The notes: generated from the letters alone by a model not told the origin. A DNA stretch of 25,554 nt from an uncultured Candidatus Poseidoniales archaeon (GCA_964645485.1 CAZXZO010000022.1:1-25554), one strand, 5' to 3'. Counted from the first letter of the stretch, positions 1 through 8,560 are shown. Translations and numbers: made by a program.

Positions 1-20
1 TTCAAACCCTGCAAACAGCC
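1..20 (+). other. tRNA-like 3' end (T-loop, T-stem, acceptor strand, discriminator) cut by the window edge; possibly a convergent tRNA
   Basis: 1-20 reads TTCAAAC CCTGC AAACAGC C, the same register as the 3' end of the adjacent tRNA-Asn (TTCAAAC CCTGC ACACGGC G; 17/19 identical over the first 19 nt) but in the opposite orientation. The 5' part lies outside the window. Confidence 0.4.
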
Positions 21-39
21 TAGACTACTGATTGATTAT

Positions 40-115
40 TGGCGCCGTGTGCAGGGTTTGAACCTGCGACCTGCGGATTAACAGTCCGCCGCTCCACCAG
101 CTAAGCTAACACGGC
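40..115 (-). tRNA. tRNA-Asn (anticodon GTT), 76 nt, CCA encoded, no intron
   Basis: Reverse complement folds as a full cloverleaf: GCCGTGT/ACACGGC acceptor stem, GCTT/GAGC D-stem, GCGGA-CTGTTAA-TCCGC anticodon arm, GCAGG-TTCAAAC-CCTGC T-arm, discriminator G, then CCA. Confidence 0.97.
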
Positions 116-238
116 AACAGGGCGGCCCACCGACCACCCCTTCATCAATGAATCGCATCCCGAAAAGCAATGTAACAACTACCAAAGTATGTTCTTCCAC
201 TAACAAATCACTATCTTAGTGAGTAAAGATAACCCGAA

Positions 239-1186
239 TCATTCCCATTCGATTGTGCCAGGTGGTTTGTGGGTAACATCGTAAACTACTCTGTTTACGT
301 CCCCCTTCAGAGTATTCGTAACTCGGATGCTGATCTTTTCAAGAATCTCATGTGGAATAAGTGAATAACGCGCACTCATGCCATCAAAACTCGCGACCGC
401 TCGAATAACCACTGTCTCGCCATGTACCCTCACATCACCATGTACACCCACCGAGCGCACCGGAAGTAGGGCGGCAAAGTACTGCCACGGAAGTTCCATC
501 TTTCCTTCTTCTGCAGCCTTCTCAAGTTCTTCCTCCACAATTGCACAGGCTTCACGACAAACCTCAACTCTTTCCGGAGTGAGTTCACCAAGCACACGGA
601 CTGCTAGACCGGGGCCAGGGAATGGTTGTCTCTCGGAAGAAGGAATACCTAATTCACGAGCCATTTCTCTTACTTCGTCTTTGTAACAATCACGGAGAGG
701 TTCAACGATATCCAAATCTACATCTTCAGGTAATCCACCTACATTGTGATGCGATTTGATGACATCTCTAACTCCGCCACCAGACTCAATCCAATCTGGT
801 GCAATGGTGCCTTGAACAAGATATTTCGCGCCAACTTTTTTCTGCTCTTCTTCAAAAATTCGGATGAATAATTCGCCAATTATTTTGCGCTTTGATTCAG
901 GGTCTGTAACCCCCTTCAATGCCTCGAAATAACGGTCAGCAGCGTGAACTGTTGTAAGATTTAATCCCAATTCAGAGAGCACTCTTTGAACATCTTCAGT
1001 CTCATTCTTGCGCATTAATCCAGTATCAACATAAACGCAATGAAGAAGCCCACCAACTGCACGGTTAGCAAGAGTTGCTGCTACAGATGAGTCGATTCCA
1101 CCAGAACAAGCAATTATTGCGACATCATCAATTGATTCCTTGAGATTTGATATTGCTTCTTCAATCAAATCAGCAGCGCTAATCAT
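239..1186 (-). CDS. guaAB: GMP synthase (glutamine-hydrolysing) subunit B, the ATP-pyrophosphatase subunit of the split archaeal enzyme
   Basis: PP-loop SGGIDSS, YLVQGTIAPDWIES, IKSHHNVGGLP, RQPFPGPGLAVR and the C-terminal RVVYDVTHKPPGTIEWE. There is no glutaminase domain. ATG at 1186 follows an SD-like GAGAGTGA; an alternative GTG start lies at 1195. Confidence 0.96.
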   Translation of the reverse strand: MISAADLIEEAISNLKESIDDVAIIACSGGIDSSVAATLANRAVGGLLHCVYVDTGLMRKNETEDVQRVLSELGLNLTTVHAADRYFEALKGVTDPESKRKIIGELFIRIFEEEQKKVGAKYLVQGTIAPDWIESGGGVRDVIKSHHNVGGLPEDVDLDIVEPLRDCYKDEVREMARELGIPSSERQPFPGPGLAVRVLGELTPERVEVCREACAIVEEELEKAAEEGKMELPWQYFAALLPVRSVGVHGDVRVHGETVVIRAVASFDGMSARYSLIPHEILEKISIRVTNTLKGDVNRVVYDVTHKPPGTIEWE

Positions 1187-1191
1187 TAGAA

Positions 1192-1665
1192 TCACTCTCT
1201 TAATGATTCATCATCTGCTATTACTTGAGCAGTCTTGCCGGCACGCCAAACTGTAAAACGCTCTGCCAATTCTTGGTTTGACAAAGCCAACATTTGAACT
1301 GCTAATACCCCAGCGTTATCACCGCGGTCAACACCAACTGTTGCCACAGGCATTCCTGGTGGCATTTGCACGATTGAGAGGAGGCTATCCAGCGGGACCT
1401 TGCCACCAACTGGTACACCAATTACTGGCAGAGTTGTCATTGATGCTACAACCCCTGGCAATGCAGCAGCCATTCCGGCCATTGCAACGAAAACTTGGCA
1501 TCCCTCTTCGATTGCATTTTCAACAACTCCCTCAAGATATTTTGGCGCACGGTGAGCGCTTGCAACTCTTACTTCATGCTCAATATTAAACTCCTCAAGA
1601 ATTGCACTACACTTGTTTGAGATTGGTAAATCCGACTTGCTGCCGAGTACTATACAGATGTCCAT
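1192..1665 (-). CDS. purE: N5-carboxyaminoimidazole ribonucleotide mutase PurE
   Basis: LGSKSD, VASAHRAP, AGMAAALPG, PVIGVP, DSLLSIVQMPPGMPVATV. GAGGAG RBS lies just upstream of the ATG at 1665. Confidence 0.96.
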   Translation of the reverse strand: MDICIVLGSKSDLPISNKCSAILEEFNIEHEVRVASAHRAPKYLEGVVENAIEEGCQVFVAMAGMAAALPGVVASMTTLPVIGVPVGGKVPLDSLLSIVQMPPGMPVATVGVDRGDNAGVLAVQMLALSNQELAERFTVWRAGKTAQVIADDESLRE

Positions 1666-2317
1666 CAATCTCCTCGACTCGCGGGTGGTTCAAATGGATA
1701 CCGATTTCATCGTACAATTCTGTTAAACGATTTCGGCCAACTTTTTTCTGTAATACGGTGCCAATTCCAGCCTTGTCAAAGTGCCAAACCCAGTAACCGG
1801 CAGTCAAGTGGTCCCCGCCACTAAAAACAACCCAATCTTGACTTCTCCGAAGCCAGTTCCTATGGCGTATAATTGAGGGAACCATGAGGGCAGAAATATC
1901 AGAGCAGTCAAGGACTCCTGTGGATATTTCTCTACAATGCAATACACCACTTTTCAATCCTTGAAAAAAACTCCGAGTTAGCATTCTTGCTCTTGCCTCT
2001 TGAACACTCGACCATCGTTTGTTTAACCATGAATCAATGAGTGTTAGTGAGAGACCTAGGCAACCCTGAGAACTAGCAGCAAGAATCCCCTTTGCACACC
2101 ATGGACCAGCATTAGGTTGTGACGCTGAAAGGTAGGAACTCAATCGTAAAATTCGAGTTTGTAAAGGAATTGATAGATGACTGATGTCACTTAGTTTTGG
2201 TAGATTATCCAAATGGTCGGCACATGAAATCCAAATCGGTTCAATCGTGGGATTTTCAATTTGGGCGATTTTCAACCGCAGTAAGCCTGATGAATCTAAT
2301 CTAAATTTTTTTGACAT
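1607..2317 (-). CDS. hypothetical protein (236 aa)
   Basis: Longest ORF filling the space between the membrane-protein gene and purE, on the same strand as its neighbours. No recognisable motif. Its 3' end overlaps the purE start by 59 nt. Confidence 0.65.
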   Translation of the reverse strand: MSKKFRLDSSGLLRLKIAQIENPTIEPIWISCADHLDNLPKLSDISHLSIPLQTRILRLSSYLSASQPNAGPWCAKGILAASSQGCLGLSLTLIDSWLNKRWSSVQEARARMLTRSFFQGLKSGVLHCREISTGVLDCSDISALMVPSIIRHRNWLRRSQDWVVFSGGDHLTAGYWVWHFDKAGIGTVLQKKVGRNRLTELYDEIGIHLNHPRVEEIDGHLYSTRQQVGFTNLKQV

Positions 2318-2345
2318 GATATGTGGCTAAATTCAGGGTTCTAAA

Positions 2346-3269
2346 TTATTCCTCTTCTTCAGGATAATTAAACCGAGTTGGCCAACTGACTCCAACTAAT
2401 GCAATCGGAGGTTTGACTAATTCCTCTGATATTCCTTCTAAAAGCGGGCCACATTCACCTAAACCAAAATTCTCAATTTTCCCTATTTTGCTTGCATCGA
2501 CAAAGGGGTCAAAAAGTAGAGTTGAGGGGTGGCGGAAATGCAATGCTAAAAATTTCTCACCACCACGTTCTACTCCATGTAACTCTAATTTCCTTCCTTC
2601 ACTCAATTGCTTGGATGCTAGGCATCCACCTCTAAATCCATTGGCAACAACTTGCCACGAATCATCGATTTTGGAATCATCAAATACGGTATTCAACGGA
2701 ATTAGCCAACGACCTGATGACGGCATTAGTGAATTTGCTACACGGAAAGTGAGGTGATACCAAAGGGCTAGGAACAGGCCGTATGAGATCCACCCAATAC
2801 GAGCATCTATGACAATATGGGCTACAAATGTTAAACCACCAAGAATTGGTATTCCAACTGTTTTTGTAATATTTGAATAACCATTGCCGAACCATAACCA
2901 ATTCAACAGTTGAATTCCGTCCCCATCCGGCATCATAGACGCAATCCTAGTTGCTGAGATAAGTAATACAAAAAATGCTGAGAAGAAAAGCACAGAAGCA
3001 ACTGTCTGGTCGTCGGGAGTATTCTCAGGGAAAATTAGTGGAAAAGTTGACGCCACCAATAATCCAATTGACCAAGACGGGCCATAGATGAACCGTGAAG
3101 CCATTGGTTTGAGTCTTTGACGTTGCCATGATGACCACTGTTCATTCGGCTCGATTTCTGAATCAACCCAGTCTGTTGGTGATTTGCCCTCGCTCATAGG
3201 TCGCCATGATGGGTCTCCTGAAAGCCAGTACTCATCCTTAGACGCCTCCATGGTGCTGGCAAAGGCCAC
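2346..3269 (-). CDS. hypothetical membrane protein (about 4 TM helices followed by a soluble C-terminal domain)
   Basis: 307-aa ORF with GTG start after GAGAG(G). Hydrophobic segments: WSIGLLVASTFPLIF, VASVLFFSAFFVLLISA, VGIPILGGLTFVAHIVI, IGWISYGLFLALWYHL. Confidence 0.75.
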   Translation of the reverse strand: MAFASTMEASKDEYWLSGDPSWRPMSEGKSPTDWVDSEIEPNEQWSSWQRQRLKPMASRFIYGPSWSIGLLVASTFPLIFPENTPDDQTVASVLFFSAFFVLLISATRIASMMPDGDGIQLLNWLWFGNGYSNITKTVGIPILGGLTFVAHIVIDARIGWISYGLFLALWYHLTFRVANSLMPSSGRWLIPLNTVFDDSKIDDSWQVVANGFRGGCLASKQLSEGRKLELHGVERGGEKFLALHFRHPSTLLFDPFVDASKIGKIENFGLGECGPLLEGISEELVKPPIALVGVSWPTRFNYPEEEE

Positions 3270-3298
3270 CTCTCTAAAACAGATATTGTTTCAACGAA

Positions 3299-6200
3299 TT
3301 ACAATAGTCCATCAATTAAATCGCCGATTGTGAATTCATCACTATCCGCTTTCTCCTCAGAAGGGTCGTAGCCAATGTCGCCTAGCGGCTCAAGTGCTCC
3401 GCTGGGTGCTGAAGTAGGTGTAGGGTCAGTAGGGGCCAGATCTAAATCGCTTACATCAAGTGTTGATTGAGGAGTTGATGACATATCCATTGAATGAACT
3501 TCTGCATAAGCGAATTCTGAACCGGTTTTTGATTTCGCCTTGCTCGATTTCTTCTTCTTTTTAGCACCGTCACCACCCCAGTTACCTTCATCTCGAAGGC
3601 TTGAACGCATATTTCTTCGTGATCTTCTGCGACCACGAACTGCTGATACACCCAACATTATGATTACTGCCCAGAGAGTCCCCATCAGTACAAGAAGGAC
3701 ATTGTTAGACGCAAGATTGAGAATGGAATCTGCACCTGCTCCTGCACCTGCTTCTAGTTTCATCTCACTCTCATGTAAATTATTAGATTCATTAGATTCC
3801 ATCACTTCGTTATCTGCATCAATTGATACAACAATGACGCTGAATGATTCCTTCAAATTTACCGTTACCACATGAGACTTCGGATTATTATATTGGCCTG
3901 AATCAATGAAAGTTATCCTTAACTCTGCGATTGCGTCATTGTGGTCACAACCAGAGGATTCCGCCACCTGTAAACTGATTCCACAAACTCGTAACAATAT
4001 GTTTTCAGCTTTGTCATTTCCAGAATTTTGAATCTGAATTGTTAACTTTACTTCGTCATTATCTAGTTCTTCTGAAACAGATAATACATACAAATCCGGA
4101 GCGTATGCATTGAGATATATGATTTGTTCATTTGAATCTGTAGTCAACCATTGCTCATCAGCATCAATATCTCCCCCTTGATTTGAATAACCGCTAGGTG
4201 AACGGACTCGGATACCAAAATAATCACTAGACCAATCAGGATAATCCTCCATTGATAATCGTACAACTACTGGGACATTGTCCCCTGGATTCAACAATGG
4301 TAATTTCAATCGGCCATCTTCTTCAGTACTTATCTCGGTAAATAATGCCAAAGGAGTACCGGCATTTTCAACCACATACCAAGTCCATTCAATGCCTTCC
4401 AAGCCATCCATTCTTGGATTCACAGAAAGTGAGCCGCCTGACCCCGTTGAATGGTTTTCAATCCAAGGAGATTCAGCAATATTGCCGGCATTTTCCACTG
4501 TGAAGGAGATATCAATTTCATCGCCCGGCCTTAAATCAAAGTTAGTGTCAGATGATTCATCTTCAAGTAATAATTTCAAATCAACCCTCGGAAGAATATC
4601 AATTTGCCCTTCTACCTCAGTGCGATAACTGGATAGGTCGGAAATGGAATGTAATTCAATTACAACATTTGTCCCACCAGCCAATGCATTGAGAGGAACA
4701 TGTACGATTGCCACCATTACTAATTCATCACCGACTTGGAGTCCTGTGGCAGTACCAGACACCCATTCAACAGTCCAATCAGAAAGAGATTCTGACATTC
4801 TAGGGTCAAAGGTTTGAGGCACGTTACCATCGTTCTCAACAAATATGGAGACTTCAAACGCTTGGCCCGGTTCAATTCTTGCAGGTGCATTCAACCATTC
4901 TGCTGACAGTGATTCTACTGGTAGCACAGATACTTGCATTGAAATTTCATCACCGGCAGCTGAGTCAACAAATAATTCACCGCGCAACTTTACCTCCTCC
5001 ATTTCGCCAGCAAGTGCCTGCATAGGCGCACATAATTCCAGCCCAATTGTGCGAGTCATTCCGTCTGTGAAGTAGCGCCTAGCATCAGGTGCAACTGTGT
5101 TACCACCAGGTAACTCAGAATAATCAATATTCAATTCCCAGTGTTCTTCCCGCCAAACCTCTTCCGAAATTGATTCTGGTCGGTCTACTGGACCATCTTC
5201 AACAGTGAATACCACATCGTCATTTCCAAAGTTTTTTGTTACAAGGACTGAGAATGAACCACATTCTCCCGGTCCAACTTCTTCAACCGTATCCCACAAC
5301 TCAAAAACGATATTTCCTGCTCTCTTTCTAGCCACATCAATGATCAGTTCATAGGCAGCCTGAGCACCGACAACATTGGCAGGATTCGAAACTTTATCAG
5401 AACTGCCTACTATAGTGATTCTAGTTTGCCCGGGCTCTTGGAATTCGGGAACCAAAATTTGCAGAGTTTTCGAATTTGTCGACCCATCTGCTAACATATT
5501 GATTTGGTCGACAAAATTGACTTGCCAACCAAATGGAAGACCCCAAATGGATCTACCATCTTGACTAGTTGTACTGGGGAAAGAAATCTCCTCCACCAAA
5601 TTCCCATAGTTTGAAACATTCACGCTAAGAATACCCGAGCCGCCTTGCTCAATTTCAATCACCTGTTGTTGTGCTGAGACAACTAAGCTGTGAATCACCT
5701 GTAAATCAATTTCCAACTCAATAGAAGAACCATGTTCACCATCATCGGAAGTAATCGACAATAATGGTGAATGAGATTCACTGATGGTTGCATCAATTTT
5801 TGATGGCGCCTCAATAGTCAATGATACATCCTCAGAGTCACCTGATGCAATCTGCCAGTCAGAATTAATTGGAGAAAGAACGGAGGCTGTTGGCCCATTA
5901 CCAATAAGTGCTGTAACAGTCCAAGTTGATGGCAAACCTTCCCAATCAAAATTTACATCCATAGGGCTTCCACTAGTAGCCCCAAGATGCTCAACAGTGA
6001 AATTGAAAGTAGCACTTTCACCCGGTTCCAAAGAAACTTCAAGAGATGGTGAAGCGCTATCTAATTGTAACAAACTACGCTGGATTCTCCTGAAACAAAG
6101 ATGATCACCCTGTGGAGGTCCTGTGTCGCCCGAACCACATGCCTCACTATCAACCCAAACAACACCTGCTGTTCTGCGGTTATCAGAAGTTACTGCTATC

Positions 6201-8479
6201 CCAGGTGGTGAACCGAAGTCCTCCTCAACATCAAAGATTACTGGTTGCCCACCAGTACCCATCTTTTCACTCTGCCAATCAGCAAGGTCGTATGTCGGTC
6301 CAAGACAACCGAATCCTCCGCAATCAATCTCCCAAGGATTGTCAGCAACCTGACTAGTACTAGTAGCGTCAGTAGACCTACGATAGGTCAGATTAGTTGC
6401 TGAACCTGAATCACTTTCCACCCATACTGTGTGCATCAAGTCATCTTCATCAATCACTAATGCGGCTTGGCTACTGTGAGCCGAATAATCTCGTGAACCG
6501 ACTGCACCTGTGCCATCAAGTGGAGAAAGTGCCTGAGGCTGATTTAGGGAACCCTGTAAATTGATACCTCCAGACTGACCATTGAAATTCCACGCGGACA
6601 AGTCAACTTTCTGCCACATCAATTCATGCGAATCTGAAGTTGTATGTCCTGTACGACTATCTGACCAAATGAATTGTAACCAACCATTTGAAGCAATTTC
6701 AACCGCTGGACGAGATGACCAAGCGTCATCATATGTGAATCGGGTATCATTTACCACAACGAAGTTATTTCCGTTAGCACCACCCCAACCAATATCCTCA
6801 GTATAGACTCCACCTGAACTGTAATGCGCTGGCGTTCCTGAAACATGATTGGGGTCGCGGAGTTTTGCATATGGGTCAACCACGGTGGTCCAGACTTCTG
6901 GTGAACCCGAGTTTAGAATACCCATCCATTGGTCAAAAAGTTCAGAGAGATCTTGGTTACTTGAAGACGAAGGCCATTGACCAACTCCACCTGCACCATC
7001 GGTATTACGAGTGTTAGCACCTGAGCACGAACGAGGCGTTACTGAAACCCCACTTACTGGACAATGAGCCAAGTCTAATCCATGGTCCCACATATTGTTT
7101 GACGCTGAGCTTTGAATTTCGCCAATAAATACCCACGGAACAATACCACCATTCACACAGGCATCATGTGATTCATCAATTGATTGAACATCATCAGATT
7201 GTTGAGCAGGGTCGCCAACCTTGGGCCCTTCATCACCAATTGGAATTACTATTTTTGATGCATTTGGATTCCATCTGTGGTCGTATTGAGTAGGTGGATT
7301 AGCAGCATTACCAGTATTTCCTTGTGCATCCATCCATGACAGGCAAGCCCATGTTGTTCCTGGCCCCCACTCCTCCTGTTGGTTGCCCCAATTTTGAGAT
7401 TGGCCGTTGTACATGGTTCTGTGAACTTTACGAATGCCTCCTGAATCAACCTGAGGTGTTAGGATAGTAGAGCGTGAGCGGTCATTTGTGTTATGGCCTG
7501 CACAATTCCCTGAATTTGCTTGAGGGCGAATATAGTCGCCAAGACCGTAGATTGTATCCAGAAGCGTAACACCCACAATATCTGCCATATTCTGTAGCCC
7601 AGGGTGGTACCTCCCCCCACCGTCCGGTCCACCATACATGAGTGTACAGATATCTTGCCATTCAGTAGCCATACCGCTTGAAGAATCAAGTAAAACAACT
7701 AATTCAATCATGCTACCGCGGCTATCTTGCCAAGTAATTACTACCTCATCATCACTAGTAATCGCCACATCTGGGAAGGTTGACTTACTTGGTAGAGGAG
7801 TTAAGAGAGTGTCAAAAATAGGGCTATTTGGAGTATGAGTTGTCCAATTTGCCACCATCATTGAGTAACGGATTCCTGGTAATCCAAAACGTAAATCAAG
7901 AGGGTCATCCGTGTCTTGCCAGACAATATGAGCGGCACCCTGAGAATCAACAGCAAGATTTGGATTAGCAATATTCTCAGCGATGATATTTGTTTTGCAA
8001 ACAACATTGTTCATAGAGTGGCCACTTGGATTGAAAACCCCGTCATTAGAGTCAGTATCAGATGATGGATCCATTGCAAGGTAAACCAAACAATCGTTTG
8101 ATGTTGTATCTTTTATCCATACAAGATGTAGGTTACCTGAATCATCAATTTCCATCCTAGGTGACCATTTAATGTTAGAACCACTATAAGAAATCGGCTG
8201 TGGGATTACTGAAATAGCACCGCTTGAATCAACGACTGAATACATTGCATTTGTTTGATTTTCTATCCAAAAGATGTGGAAATTACCATCATCATCTCCA
8301 ACAATTGCAGGTTCAGAGAGAGAACCTGCGGCAAGATTGAGTATCTCAAGCGGGGAAGCATTTCCATTCTCTCCGGGTGATGCTTGAACTGATTCTAAGG
8401 CCGTTAGTGGCGTCAGCGGAGTGATTAGCATCAAAAATGCCAAAAACAGTCCTAAACGAAGCCGTATTGCCATCATCAT
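3299..8479 (-). CDS. large type-I membrane surface protein: signal peptide, 7-bladed beta-propeller with inserted vWA domain, five Ig-like (NEW3-like) domains, CARDB domain, TM helix, charged cytoplasmic tail
   Basis: Basic then hydrophobic N-terminus. Seven repeats of P-x-h-x-h-D/T-x-x-G/D-x-h-H/x-h-h-W-x-D/E. vWA motifs IELVVLLDSSSGM and KIVIPIGDEGP. Repeated h-x-PG-x-x-x-x-h-x-h-x-V-x-N-x-GN strands. CARDB signature PDLYV...IQNSG...IDADNEVMESNESNN. TM segment VLLVLMGTLWAVIIMLGVSAV followed by RGRRRSRR. Start is one of three tandem ATGs (8479/8476/8473). Confidence 0.85.
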   Translation of the reverse strand: MMMAIRLRLGLFLAFLMLITPLTPLTALESVQASPGENGNASPLEILNLAAGSLSEPAIVGDDDGNFHIFWIENQTNAMYSVVDSSGAISVIPQPISYSGSNIKWSPRMEIDDSGNLHLVWIKDTTSNDCLVYLAMDPSSDTDSNDGVFNPSGHSMNNVVCKTNIIAENIANPNLAVDSQGAAHIVWQDTDDPLDLRFGLPGIRYSMMVANWTTHTPNSPIFDTLLTPLPSKSTFPDVAITSDDEVVITWQDSRGSMIELVVLLDSSSGMATEWQDICTLMYGGPDGGGRYHPGLQNMADIVGVTLLDTIYGLGDYIRPQANSGNCAGHNTNDRSRSTILTPQVDSGGIRKVHRTMYNGQSQNWGNQQEEWGPGTTWACLSWMDAQGNTGNAANPPTQYDHRWNPNASKIVIPIGDEGPKVGDPAQQSDDVQSIDESHDACVNGGIVPWVFIGEIQSSASNNMWDHGLDLAHCPVSGVSVTPRSCSGANTRNTDGAGGVGQWPSSSSNQDLSELFDQWMGILNSGSPEVWTTVVDPYAKLRDPNHVSGTPAHYSSGGVYTEDIGWGGANGNNFVVVNDTRFTYDDAWSSRPAVEIASNGWLQFIWSDSRTGHTTSDSHELMWQKVDLSAWNFNGQSGGINLQGSLNQPQALSPLDGTGAVGSRDYSAHSSQAALVIDEDDLMHTVWVESDSGSATNLTYRRSTDATSTSQVADNPWEIDCGGFGCLGPTYDLADWQSEKMGTGGQPVIFDVEEDFGSPPGIAVTSDNRRTAGVVWVDSEACGSGDTGPPQGDHLCFRRIQRSLLQLDSASPSLEVSLEPGESATFNFTVEHLGATSGSPMDVNFDWEGLPSTWTVTALIGNGPTASVLSPINSDWQIASGDSEDVSLTIEAPSKIDATISESHSPLLSITSDDGEHGSSIELEIDLQVIHSLVVSAQQQVIEIEQGGSGILSVNVSNYGNLVEEISFPSTTSQDGRSIWGLPFGWQVNFVDQINMLADGSTNSKTLQILVPEFQEPGQTRITIVGSSDKVSNPANVVGAQAAYELIIDVARKRAGNIVFELWDTVEEVGPGECGSFSVLVTKNFGNDDVVFTVEDGPVDRPESISEEVWREEHWELNIDYSELPGGNTVAPDARRYFTDGMTRTIGLELCAPMQALAGEMEEVKLRGELFVDSAAGDEISMQVSVLPVESLSAEWLNAPARIEPGQAFEVSIFVENDGNVPQTFDPRMSESLSDWTVEWVSGTATGLQVGDELVMVAIVHVPLNALAGGTNVVIELHSISDLSSYRTEVEGQIDILPRVDLKLLLEDESSDTNFDLRPGDEIDISFTVENAGNIAESPWIENHSTGSGGSLSVNPRMDGLEGIEWTWYVVENAGTPLALFTEISTEEDGRLKLPLLNPGDNVPVVVRLSMEDYPDWSSDYFGIRVRSPSGYSNQGGDIDADEQWLTTDSNEQIIYLNAYAPDLYVLSVSEELDNDEVKLTIQIQNSGNDKAENILLRVCGISLQVAESSGCDHNDAIAELRITFIDSGQYNNPKSHVVTVNLKESFSVIVVSIDADNEVMESNESNNLHESEMKLEAGAGAGADSILNLASNNVLLVLMGTLWAVIIMLGVSAVRGRRRSRRNMRSSLRDEGNWGGDGAKKKKKSSKAKSKTGSEFAYAEVHSMDMSSTPQSTLDVSDLDLAPTDPTPTSAPSGALEPLGDIGYDPSEEKADSDEFTIGDLIDGLL

Positions 8480-8485
8480 CCCTCA

Positions 8486-8501
8486 TGAGCCTTTAGGCTC
8501 A
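8486..8501. promoter_or_regulatory. inverted repeat TGAGCCT-TT-AGGCTCA just upstream of the 1726-aa surface gene
   Basis: Perfect 7-bp arms with a 2-nt spacer, 6 nt from the first ATG and overlapping an SD-like GAGGTGA on the minus strand. Function is inferred. Confidence 0.4.
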
Positions 8502-8541
8502 CCTCAACCGATAGTAATTGAAACACACCCTTAGATGACCT

Positions 8542-8560
8542 TCACTCCCCTAGGGAGTGA
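8542..8560. promoter_or_regulatory. inverted repeat TCACTCCC-CTA-GGGAGTGA covering the gcvPB stop codon
   Basis: Perfect 8-bp arms with a 3-nt loop. Could be a 3'-end or processing hairpin, or an upstream element for the next gene. Confidence 0.4.

Noticed and set aside
1-115. tRNA-anchored integrative element or prophage boundary
   Set aside because: The tRNA 3' copy is inverted rather than direct, and no integrase, transposase or viral genes occur in the window.
1455-1490. PurE AGMAAALPG (Ala where class I enzymes often have His) as a sign of class II activity
   Set aside because: The SAHR loop and other class I features are retained. One substitution, and the absence of purK in this window, are not enough to infer altered chemistry.
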